DNA from: Candidatus Micrarchaeota archaeon
GTDB taxonomy: Archaea > Micrarchaeota > Micrarchaeia > Norongarragalinales > SBBD01
Length of the DNA stretch: 46,015 nucleotides
Assembly (NCBI GenBank): GCA_038046605.1
Contig: JBBSVW010000067.1
Coordinates: 1-46,015, forward strand
Reading direction: 5' to 3'
Below are positions 30,107-38,127 of the stretch, piece after piece; the stretch's first letter is position 1, and each line of letters begins with the position of its first letter. The notes beneath the pieces are model-generated. The model was not told the origin of the DNA and did not search any database. It worked only from the letters and a program-made list of their open reading frames with translations. The position numbers and the translations under genes were made by a program.

Positions 30107-30264
30107 GCAAGACAGCAGGAAACTAATTGGAATAAAGAAAAGCGCCTTAAACTCAAGTTTTCTAAGCGCCGGGGGCTTCAACCCGCAGGATAATGGCTTT
30201 TCCTGCACGATCTTGGTGCGCTGGTCGAGCTGTTTTAGCTCCTCGAACCGTTCGGCTGGTGTGA

Positions 30265-30473
30265 TGATAAAAAGGTTTAAGGGAGATAATTTCGCCGAAT
30301 TGCGTTTTATGCCAGCTGGTTATGTTACCCGTTTGACTCCAAATATTTATGGCGATAAGGTATTGCTGGCGATATGGATGGAAAAGCCTGCTGCCGTATT
30401 AATAAAAAGTAAAGCTGTCGCAGACAGCTTAAGGGAATATTTTGAAATTATGTGGAAATCTGCAAAAAAATAA
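30265..30473 (+). pseudogene. C-terminal fragment of a TrmB-like regulator
   Basis: ELRFMP...NIYGDKVLLAIW.EKPAAVLIKSKAVADSLREYFEIMWKSAKK resembles TrmB-family C-termini; the N-terminal HTH is absent. Confidence 0.6.
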
Positions 30474-30483
30474 AAATCACCTC

Positions 30484-30599
30484 TTATTTCCTCCTCCTCT
30501 TCAATTCCTCCAACACCATTTGCAGATCAATTCCCCTATTCTCCAGCCCAACCAGCGTGAAAAACAGCAGGTCAGCAGCTTCTCAAACGACCTCCTTAT
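30484..30599 (-). pseudogene. Orphan 3' fragment of hisIE
   Basis: KEVV*EAADLLFFTLVGLENRGIDLQMVLEELKRRRK*. 30491-30599 matches 34185-34293 at 96/109 nt; a Trp codon has become TGA. Confidence 0.9.
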
Positions 30600-30602
30600 A
30601 GA

Positions 30603-30646
30603 ATCACTTTTAGCAAAGTTTATATACTTACTTTGCGTAAATTGAT
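30603..30646 (+). promoter_or_regulatory. TATA box enclosed by a 17-bp imperfect inverted repeat (putative autoregulatory operator)
   Basis: ATCACTTTTAGCAAAGT (30603-30619) / ACTTTGCGTAAATTGAT (30630-30646), 14/17 complementary, around TTTATATA. ATG at 30650. Confidence 0.6.
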
Positions 30647-30649
30647 ACT

Positions 30650-31645
30650 ATGGACATCCAATTAAACCAGGCCGAGATCTGGCTTTTTGCCCTATTTATT
30701 GCAAAAAGGGACCTCTCCTTGGAAGAAGTTGCAACGGAAAGTAGAATCAGCCATTCCCAGGCTTCACGGTTAGCCACATCGCTTGAAGAAAAGGGTTTTT
30801 TGATTTCGACAGCTAAAGGAAGGAAGAAAATTGTTTCTCTTTCAACAAGCGCCCATTCACTTGCTTTGAAAGACCTTTTGGAAAGCAGCCCCCATATGAA
30901 ATTCGATCAAATTCTCGGTAATTCTACTTTAAGGGTTCTAATGGGTTTTTCCGAAAGCGGAAGTACAGCTGAGCAAATAGCCCAAATGGCTGCAACTCCC
31001 GAAATAACCGTAAAAAGGACATTGGCAAAATTAATGATGAAGGGAGTGGTGCTTCAGCCAAAAAGGGGCATCTACGCTTTATCCTTGCCCGGCATCTGGA
31101 AATTCCTGGATGCTTACAGATTATTCTTTGCAGAGGAATTAAGGAAAGGAATAGGCGGTTCTCTTATCGTAAGCAAGAATTGGGGCATTTTGCGAACCAG
31201 CCACACCAATCTGCCCGCCAATTTCATTAAAACCGGGATTTCCTTATTCAGGGACTTCGGCGTTCCCCTCAATCTGACGGATTTCCATGATTATTATTAC
31301 TCGATTCTGGGCAAAACCAAAAAGCCTTCAAGGGAGGAAATCCTGGTTCATGCAATTTTGCGTTCCACCTTGTTAAATAGTTCAAGGGAAATTTCCTACG
31401 TGCTTTTAGCGATGGAAAAGAACCTTAAAAAGCTCAATAAAGGTAAATTTATGGAAGCAGCAAAACGTTTCGGGGTTGAACGCGTTGCAGAGGAATGTTG
31501 GGAATATTTGGAAAATTTCGATAAACCAGAAAGCAAAAGGGTAATGGTCGAACTTCTGTCACATCCTCTTGTATTTTCAAAGGTTCAAGGTCCGGTATTC
31601 CCGAGTAAGGAAGAATTTCGGGATTTGGTGAAACAATATGGTTGA
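30650..31645 (+). CDS. Double winged-HTH protein (putative antitoxin/regulator)
   Basis: LSLEEVATESRISHSQASRLATSLEEKG and TAEQIAQMAATPEITVKRTLAKLMMKG HTH motifs. Overlaps the next gene. Confidence 0.7.
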   Translation: MDIQLNQAEIWLFALFIAKRDLSLEEVATESRISHSQASRLATSLEEKGFLISTAKGRKKIVSLSTSAHSLALKDLLESSPHMKFDQILGNSTLRVLMGFSESGSTAEQIAQMAATPEITVKRTLAKLMMKGVVLQPKRGIYALSLPGIWKFLDAYRLFFAEELRKGIGGSLIVSKNWGILRTSHTNLPANFIKTGISLFRDFGVPLNLTDFHDYYYSILGKTKKPSREEILVHAILRSTLLNSSREISYVLLAMEKNLKKLNKGKFMEAAKRFGVERVAEECWEYLENFDKPESKRVMVELLSHPLVFSKVQGPVFPSKEEFRDLVKQYG

Positions 31646-32249
31646 ACAATTTTCAAGGCATGATATAGAGAAGGAGTTGAAGCTGGCCAGTGATAAACTC
31701 CAAAACGAAGTCAAGACCTACCTGATCGGAGGCTGCGCCATGACCTTCCGCAACCTGAAACCTTCAACCAAGGACGCCGATTTGTTATTTGAGGACGAAT
31801 TGCAGGAGCACCATTTTTACAAAGCATTAAAGGAAATCGGTTTCGAGGATCTATTCGAAGGCGCCGAATACGTCGATTTGAAGGCAAAGGATATTCTGAT
31901 CAGGGGGAAACTCCAATTCGATTTGTTTGCAAAGCAGGTAATGGGCGGTCTTACCCTGAATTCGGGAATGATCAAAAGAGCGGAGAAATACTTTGAATTT
32001 GGAAACCTGAAAGTATACCTAATGGCGAAGGAGGACATTTACTTGTTTAAGGCGATTACGAACAGGCCCTTTCCAAGGGATTTTGAGGATCTGATAACCT
32101 TGCAGCAAAGCGGGCTTGATTGGGATGTGATAATTGCAGAATACAAGAAGCAGGTCAAGGGAAAGGAAATTGAAACAAAACTTAAAATCAAGATGGCCGA
32201 ACTACGGAAGAAGGGTTTTGTTGTGCCGCTGCAGAAAGAATTGAAATAA
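31638..32249 (+). CDS. Nucleotidyltransferase, DUF6036 / AbiEii-like
   Basis: YLIGGCAM...STKDADL, QFDLF, EDIYLFK...R...RDFEDL. Confidence 0.75.
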   Translation: MVEQFSRHDIEKELKLASDKLQNEVKTYLIGGCAMTFRNLKPSTKDADLLFEDELQEHHFYKALKEIGFEDLFEGAEYVDLKAKDILIRGKLQFDLFAKQVMGGLTLNSGMIKRAEKYFEFGNLKVYLMAKEDIYLFKAITNRPFPRDFEDLITLQQSGLDWDVIIAEYKKQVKGKEIETKLKIKMAELRKKGFVVPLQKELK

Positions 32250-32282
32250 GCGTTAATGTGAATTTTTGGAGCTTTCGGTTTT

Positions 32283-32316
32283 TTACCACACATTTTACTT
32301 CTAGGATGTGTGGTAA
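32283..32316. other. Perfect 11-bp inverted repeat / hairpin
   Basis: TTACCACACAT-N12-ATGTGTGGTAA, extendable with G-U pairs to a CUUC loop. Confidence 0.7.
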
Positions 32317-32323
32317 GTCAAAT

Positions 32324-32395
32324 CTTGGCCGAGCACGGGGGTCTGAAGCACAGCGCCTTGGAAAACCTGACTCTCAAGTGTTACCAGATAGCTAC
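32324..32395 (+). repeat. Dispersed non-coding repeat, copy 2
   Basis: Homologous to 28151-28224. Confidence 0.8.
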
Positions 32396-32468
32396 AAATT
32401 AGGAACAGATTGGTAACACGACTTTTTCACGGAATTTACCCATTCAATTAATAAATTTCAATTCCACA

Positions 32469-33152
32469 ATGAAAAGCATGGAATATTCTTATTACCGTGC
32501 ACCGAAATCCCATAAGCATCCGAAGGTCGTGCCGATTTTCGCTTTGGGGCACCATAAACCTATGGGCGAAGGGGAAGACGAGTTCACGAAAACAGTAATC
32601 AATTTTTACAAATACGGAAATAGGAAGGAAACGGAATATCTGATGCAGCGAACTTTGGAACTATTCGAAAAGCGGTTCAAGGGGGATCTGCAATACGATC
32701 TTGTCTGCATTATTCCAACCCATGCGGAGAAAGTGCTCAACCCCAATATGCTCAAATTTGCACAGGAATTTGCCGGGAAAGTTGGTATCAAATTCGACCA
32801 AGTGCTTGAACGGACTAGGACTATCAAAGGGCAGCACGAACAGGAGTCCATTGAGGCCAGAAAGGAAAACGTCAAGGACTCCTTGGCAATCAAAGGGGAT
32901 GTAAGAGGCAAGAGCATCCTCGTTTTCGACAATTACAGCATCAGCGGTTCTAATTGCATCGACGCGTTTGATACCCTTATCTCAGCCGGAGCTGCTAATG
33001 TCGTCTTCATCTGCTTTGGGGTCGGTTTCAAAGGCAAAGAGGGCGATTTTGACCTCAATCCGAATATGGGCAAAAAAGTATCCGAAATAATCAAGATGTT
33101 CCACTGGCCAAAGCTTTCCAAGGAGAAAATAGCAGAATTCAAGGCGAAGTGA
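32469..33152 (+). CDS. ComF-like phosphoribosyltransferase-fold protein
   Basis: IIPTH, LERTRTIKGQH...EARKENVKDS, GKSILVFDNYSISGSN (PRPP-loop position), LISAGAANV. Confidence 0.7.
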   Translation: MKSMEYSYYRAPKSHKHPKVVPIFALGHHKPMGEGEDEFTKTVINFYKYGNRKETEYLMQRTLELFEKRFKGDLQYDLVCIIPTHAEKVLNPNMLKFAQEFAGKVGIKFDQVLERTRTIKGQHEQESIEARKENVKDSLAIKGDVRGKSILVFDNYSISGSNCIDAFDTLISAGAANVVFICFGVGFKGKEGDFDLNPNMGKKVSEIIKMFHWPKLSKEKIAEFKAK

Positions 33153-33223
33153 GGCCTAGTAACGTTTAAATAGGTCCAATTAATGCATTATATTGTAAAA
33201 AATGCAATATAGTGGTTTTCAAA

Positions 33224-34162
33224 ATGAACGGACAGCTTACTGAAAAAGAGCTGGTAAATTGGCTTAAACTAACTAATATCAAATACTTGGGGCCACAAAA
33301 ATTACTTCGACTTTTCACTACTTACAAATCGATTGATGCGGTATTCTTGGCTTCGGATGAGGAGTTATTGGCTACCCGCATTTTCAATCATGCCATGCTT
33401 GAAGAATTAAAGCATCAGAAAGGCATTCCTGATGAACGATATAGCAAAGTAATTGATTTCTGCAAGGGCTGTGGAATCAAGCTTTTACCCCTCATTCAGG
33501 ACGACTATCCGCAACGATTGAAGAAGATCAGCAACCCTCCCCTAACCCTCTTCTTATGGGGAAATGAGGAATTGCTTAATTCGACTAAGACCTTCGCTAT
33601 TGTAGGCTCCCGTGAAGTAAGCGAAAAAGCAGTCGATTTCGCTTATTCTGCTGGTAAAGCACTTGCAGGAGAAGGCTATATCATCATTAGCGGAGGCGCC
33701 AAAGGAACAGATACCGCTGCTCATAAGGGCGCTTTGGCATCAAATGGCAAAACCATTGCAGTATTAGGTTCCGGCTTTTCAAACATGTATCCTGAAGAAA
33801 ACATTCCTCTTTTTGATCAAATAAGGAAAGATGGTGGCTTGCTGGTAAGTGAGCATTCTCCTAACTTTTCAGGTTCTAGGATCTCTTACTTACAAAGAAA
33901 CAGGATCACTTCTGCGCTATCCGACGGTTTGCTATTATGTGCCAACGAACGAAAAGACGGAGGGGCCATGACGCAAGTGAAATTGGCGCATTCTCAAGGA
34001 GTTCCGTTATTCTGCCCTGCTTTGATCCTGAACGTGTTGCCCAATGAAGGAATTGATGCGGTTATCCGTGACTTTAAGGCTAAAGAAATCAAAGGAGCAG
34101 ATGAAATCCTTGACATACTATCCAGAAAGAAGGATAAGATCACGCTGGAAGCTTTTGCTTAG
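33224..34162 (+). CDS. dprA: DprA/Smf family DNA-processing protein
   Basis: YPQRLKKISNPPLTLF, AIVGSRE, ISGGAKGTDTAAHKGAL, TIAVLGSG, QRNRITSALS. Confidence 0.9.
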   Translation: MNGQLTEKELVNWLKLTNIKYLGPQKLLRLFTTYKSIDAVFLASDEELLATRIFNHAMLEELKHQKGIPDERYSKVIDFCKGCGIKLLPLIQDDYPQRLKKISNPPLTLFLWGNEELLNSTKTFAIVGSREVSEKAVDFAYSAGKALAGEGYIIISGGAKGTDTAAHKGALASNGKTIAVLGSGFSNMYPEENIPLFDQIRKDGGLLVSEHSPNFSGSRISYLQRNRITSALSDGLLLCANERKDGGAMTQVKLAHSQGVPLFCPALILNVLPNEGIDAVIRDFKAKEIKGADEILDILSRKKDKITLEAFA

Positions 34163-34174
34163 TTTGCCTTTAGT

Positions 34175-34753
34175 TTAAATCTTACTCCTCCTCTTCAATT
34201 CCTCCAACACTTTTTGCAGATCGATCCCCCTATTCTCAAGCCCAACCAGTGTGAAAAACAACAGATCAGCCGTCTCCCAGACGACCTCCTTATCCTGCTT
34301 TTGCAATATCGCTTCTTCCAGTTCTCCCGCTTCCTCAATCAGTTTATCCCCGATTTCTTCCGGTTTATTGATAATCGATGAAACATATGATTTCTTCTTC
34401 GGATTTTTCTTCCGATCTTCAATAACTGCAATCAATTCTTCAAGTACGCCCCAACTTTTCTCCTTCTCTTTTCCAAAACAACTCCATTTTCCCGTGTGGC
34501 ATGCCCCATCTCCCATCTGTTCGACTCTTGCAAGTAGGGCATCCTTGTCGCAATCATATTTCAGGTCAACTATTTTCTGGAAATTGCCCGAGGATTCCCC
34601 TTTCTTCATCAATTTGCCGTACCTGCGGCTAAACCTCCAGACATAACCCGTCTTCTTCATCCTTGCGATTGCCTCTTTGTTGCAATAGAATAACGATAGC
34701 ACCTGCTTCGTCTCATAATCCTGCACAATAAGCGGAATCAATTTTTCTTTCAT
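34175..34753 (-). CDS. hisIE: Bifunctional phosphoribosyl-AMP cyclohydrolase / phosphoribosyl-ATP pyrophosphatase
   Basis: KGESSGNFQ, DCDKDALL, ACHTGKWSCF; KLIEEAGE, WETADLLF. Confidence 0.93.
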   Translation of the reverse strand: MKEKLIPLIVQDYETKQVLSLFYCNKEAIARMKKTGYVWRFSRRYGKLMKKGESSGNFQKIVDLKYDCDKDALLARVEQMGDGACHTGKWSCFGKEKEKSWGVLEELIAVIEDRKKNPKKKSYVSSIINKPEEIGDKLIEEAGELEEAILQKQDKEVVWETADLLFFTLVGLENRGIDLQKVLEELKRRSKI

Positions 34754-35512
34754 CTAACTCAACCTCACGTTTACTCCGTTTTTGTCCAAATATTCCTTAA
34801 CCTCTCGAATCGAAAGCTCCTTGTAGTGGAAAAGTCCGGCGGCCAAAGCAGCATCTGCCTTCCCTTTCTTGAAAACATCCGAAAAATCAGATAATTTGCC
34901 AGCTCCTCCGGAAGCAATAATCGGAATCCTTACTGTTTGAGCTACCTTCTTCGTCAATTCCAGATCAAATCCCGTTCTAGTGCCATCGGAATCGATGCTC
35001 GTAAGCAATATTTCCCCGGCTCCCCTTTCTTCGCACTCCTTTGCCCATTCAATTACATCCTTTCCGGTTGGTTTCTTCCCCCCATTTGAATAAACTTCCC
35101 AACTCCTTCCCTTCTTTTTGGCATCAATAGCAACAACTATGCATTGTGAGCCAAACATTTTGGAACCAGAATTTATCAAATCCGGATTTGCAATTGCCGC
35201 AGAATTGATCGCTACCTTGTCGGCTCCATTTTGGAGCACTTTTCTCATCTGATCAGAACTCGAAATTCCTCCTCCAACCGTAAACGGAATATTTATCCTT
35301 CTTGCAACATCCCTCATCCATCTGGAGTTTGTTTTCCTGTCCTGGTTTGTCGCCGTAATATCCAGAAATACCAGCTCATCTGCTCCTTCATTCGAGTAGA
35401 GCTCGGCTAACGCTGCGGGTTCTCCTGCATATTTGAGATTTTCAAACTTTGTTCCCTTCACTACCTTATTGTCCTTCACATCAAGGCAGGGGATTATCCT
35501 TTTACTTAACAT
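34754..35512 (-). CDS. hisF: Imidazole glycerol phosphate synthase, cyclase subunit
   Basis: [32 protein letters not shown]. Confidence 0.97.
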   Translation of the reverse strand: MLSKRIIPCLDVKDNKVVKGTKFENLKYAGEPAALAELYSNEGADELVFLDITATNQDRKTNSRWMRDVARRINIPFTVGGGISSSDQMRKVLQNGADKVAINSAAIANPDLINSGSKMFGSQCIVVAIDAKKKGRSWEVYSNGGKKPTGKDVIEWAKECEERGAGEILLTSIDSDGTRTGFDLELTKKVAQTVRIPIIASGGAGKLSDFSDVFKKGKADAALAAGLFHYKELSIREVKEYLDKNGVNVRLS

Positions 35513-36218
35513 TTTTCATCATCTTTGTTAATTCCTTAACTGAAATCTTGTTTTCATAAATCGCTTTTCCAACAATTGCTCCATTAAAACCTATTTTCTT
35601 AAGTTGGACTACATCCTCAACAGAAGATATTCCTCCGCTGGCGATAATTGGCAGGTCGATTGCTGATTTTGCTTCCCTGAAAAAGTCCATTGAAGCTCCC
35701 TTAAGCATTCCATCGCCCGAAATATCCGTTAAAACGACTCCGCCAATTCCTAATCCGTCCAATTCAGAAAGAAAATCAATAACTTTCACCTCAGTTTTCT
35801 CTTTCCATCCTTTCGCATATACTATTCCGTCTTTCACGTCGCAAGCAACCCAAACCTTTTCTCCAAATTCCAAGGCAAAATCCCAAAGTTTTTCTAGATC
35901 CAGGGCTGTAGTACCGATTATTATCCTGTCAACTCCCGATGCAGATAATTTTTCTCCATCCTTAATCGTCCTTATACCTCCACCAACCTGAATTCTTCCT
36001 CCGGCCTGTTTGGCAATACCCTTAATCACCTCCAAATTATTCCCAGTCCCGAAAGCGGCATCCAAATCCACAATGTGCAGCCTATCTGCTTCTTCATTGA
36101 GGAACTTTTTCGCAATTTCAATCGGTTTATCCGAGTACACTTTAGCGCTTTCCCGCTTCCCTTGGGAAAGTCTTACCACTTTTCCTTCAAGCAAATCAAT
36201 CGCAGGTATGATTTCCAT
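35502..36218 (-). CDS. hisA: ProFAR isomerase
   Basis: IIPAIDL..GKVVRL.QG, LHIVDLDAA, QVGGGIR, TDISGDGML. Confidence 0.95.
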   Translation of the reverse strand: MEIIPAIDLLEGKVVRLSQGKRESAKVYSDKPIEIAKKFLNEEADRLHIVDLDAAFGTGNNLEVIKGIAKQAGGRIQVGGGIRTIKDGEKLSASGVDRIIIGTTALDLEKLWDFALEFGEKVWVACDVKDGIVYAKGWKEKTEVKVIDFLSELDGLGIGGVVLTDISGDGMLKGASMDFFREAKSAIDLPIIASGGISSVEDVVQLKKIGFNGAIVGKAIYENKISVKELTKMMKNVK

Positions 36219-36818
36219 TCAAATCAACTCAATGAAGTTTTTCAGAATCAATTCTCCAACCTTTCCGCTTTTTTCAGGGTGAAACTGGAGACCGTAGATA
36301 TTGGCATCTACAACACCGGCACAGAATTTCTCCCCATATTCGCTTTCCAGAAGTTTAATTTCAGAAACAAGTGGCCTTGGGTAATACGAGTGGACGAAAT
36401 ATACCGATGAATCGTTTGGGATTCCATTGAGAAGGGGGTTTAGCTTATTCCTTTTGATAGTATTCCATCCTATTTGAGGTACTTTATCCGCAAATCTAAA
36501 TTTCACAACCTTTCCGAGAAGGAAACTTAATCCCTTAACGCCAGGCGACTCCTCACTTTCCTCAAAAAGCACCTGCAATCCAAGGCAAATCCCTAAAATC
36601 GGCTTTCCGGATGTAACAAAATCCCCCAATTCCTTCTTTTTTACTTCGATTTTCTGCATGGCCGCTCCAAATGATCCAACTCCGGGAATTACTAGCGCAT
36701 CAAACTCTTGAAAATTGCCACCTTTAGTTATCACTGCTTCGGCTCCCTGCTTTTTCAGCGCAAAGGAGATGCTAAACAAATTCCCCATCCCGTAATTCAG
36801 GATTCCGATTTTCTTCAT
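36219..36818 (-). CDS. hisH: Imidazole glycerol phosphate synthase, glutaminase subunit
   Basis: YGMGNL, PGVGSF, LGICLGLQ, YFVHSY, QFHPEKS. ATG 36818 overlaps the hisB stop. Confidence 0.96.
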   Translation of the reverse strand: MKKIGILNYGMGNLFSISFALKKQGAEAVITKGGNFQEFDALVIPGVGSFGAAMQKIEVKKKELGDFVTSGKPILGICLGLQVLFEESEESPGVKGLSFLLGKVVKFRFADKVPQIGWNTIKRNKLNPLLNGIPNDSSVYFVHSYYPRPLVSEIKLLESEYGEKFCAGVVDANIYGLQFHPEKSGKVGELILKNFIELI

Positions 36819-37402
36819 AAAACTCCCTTTGTACTGGCTACCGCTCCGGCTAGCCGTTCGTCCATTTCGCAAGCAATCCTCATCGCTCTTCCGAAAGCTT
36901 TGAACAAAGCTTCCGCTTTGTGGTGTTCGTTTCTTCCGTACTCTAAGTTTAAGTGCAAATTCATTTGACAGTTCTGAGCGAAAGCTCCGAAGAAATCCTC
37001 AATCAACTCGGTTGGCAAATCTCCTATTTTCTCCCTCTCAAATTTCACGTTATAGACGAATGCATACCTGCCGCTGAGATCAACTGCAGCTGATGCTAGG
37101 GATTCGTCCATCGGCAAGAGAAAGAAACCGTATCTTCGAATTCCTTTCTTTTCCCCGAGTGCCTTCTTGAACGCACTACCTAGAACTATTCCAATATCCT
37201 CGGTCAAGTGGTGTTCGTCGACATTCAGATCTCCCATTGCTTCAACCTCCAAATCGAATAATCCTTGCTTTGCAAACAGCGAAAGCATGTGCTCCAGGAA
37301 GCCGATCCCGCAATTACCTGAATACTTTCCTGACCCATCGATATTCAACTTCACTTTCACTTCCGTTTCGTTTGTTTTCCTTTCAATTTCTGCGGTTCTC
37401 AT
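36815..37402 (-). CDS. hisB: Imidazoleglycerol-phosphate dehydratase (monofunctional)
   Basis: RKTNETEV, GFLEHML, DEHHLTEDIGI, NEHHKAEALFKA, STKGVL. Confidence 0.96.
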   Translation of the reverse strand: MRTAEIERKTNETEVKVKLNIDGSGKYSGNCGIGFLEHMLSLFAKQGLFDLEVEAMGDLNVDEHHLTEDIGIVLGSAFKKALGEKKGIRRYGFFLLPMDESLASAAVDLSGRYAFVYNVKFEREKIGDLPTELIEDFFGAFAQNCQMNLHLNLEYGRNEHHKAEALFKAFGRAMRIACEMDERLAGAVASTKGVL

Positions 37403-38127
37403 AAATTTCCCCTCTTTTCAGCCTCATCATTTACGATTTTCATCAATTTTCCGAAATCAGGTTCTGATTGAACATATTGTGGCTTGGCAAAACGGATCAA
37501 TTCGGCATTTTTCCGGACGACGATCCCAACTCCCCCTTTCTGGACCGCCTCACCGATAAAGTATTTGTCACTTTCAGAATCTCCGAAGGCGAATATGCAT
37601 GAATACGCAAATCCCCTCTTGGCAATTTGTCTTAATGCTATTAATTTCTTCTTCGATTCCATTACCGGGCCCTTGAAACCGACCATTTTTCTCCTCTCAA
37701 TTTTCAATTCCGTGCAAAAAATGTTATTTTCTGGAACGCCTAACCGCTTAGCTATCGATTCAGAAATGGGTCGATACTCCGAAGTAATAAAAAATACCTC
37801 AAATTGTCTGTTTTTCGTAAAATATTGGAAAAACTCTTTTGCACCTTTGGCTAAACGGGCACTTTCACCGATTTGTTCAAAAAACTCAACTGGAATCTCT
37901 CCCTTCTCATTGAGAATTTCCTTCAAAATCAGTTCGACATCAATTGAAGGGTAGATTTTGCTTCTTGGAATACCAAATTCCTTACTGATTCTTCCGGGAT
38001 TGCTTTTCACCCACTCGTAAATTTTCTCCGCTTCCTTTCTTTTTCCAAATACTTCGAAAAATTGGAATATCGCATCCTCCTTTGTTATGGTTTCGTCCAC
38101 ATCGAAAACCAATGCTATTTTTTCCAT
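37399..38127 (-). CDS. HAD-superfamily phosphatase, candidate histidinol-phosphate phosphatase
   Basis: FDVDET (motif I), ITS (II), K (III), GDSESD (IV). Overlaps both hisC and hisB. Confidence 0.7.
   Translation of the reverse strand: MEKIALVFDVDETITKEDAIFQFFEVFGKRKEAEKIYEWVKSNPGRISKEFGIPRSKIYPSIDVELILKEILNEKGEIPVEFFEQIGESARLAKGAKEFFQYFTKNRQFEVFFITSEYRPISESIAKRLGVPENNIFCTELKIERRKMVGFKGPVMESKKKLIALRQIAKRGFAYSCIFAFGDSESDKYFIGEAVQKGGVGIVVRKNAELIRFAKPQYVQSEPDFGKLMKIVNDEAEKRGNL

Noticed and set aside
30442-30645. 67-aa plus-strand ORF
   Set aside because: Antisense reading of the hisIE remnant.
32324-32400. tRNA-like look of the repeat's reverse strand (GTAGCT..TGGTA...TTCAGACCCC...CCA) and a faint TPP-riboswitch resemblance on the forward strand
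   Set aside because: Acceptor and T stems do not pair, and the TPP-like CTGA elements are not kept in copy 1.
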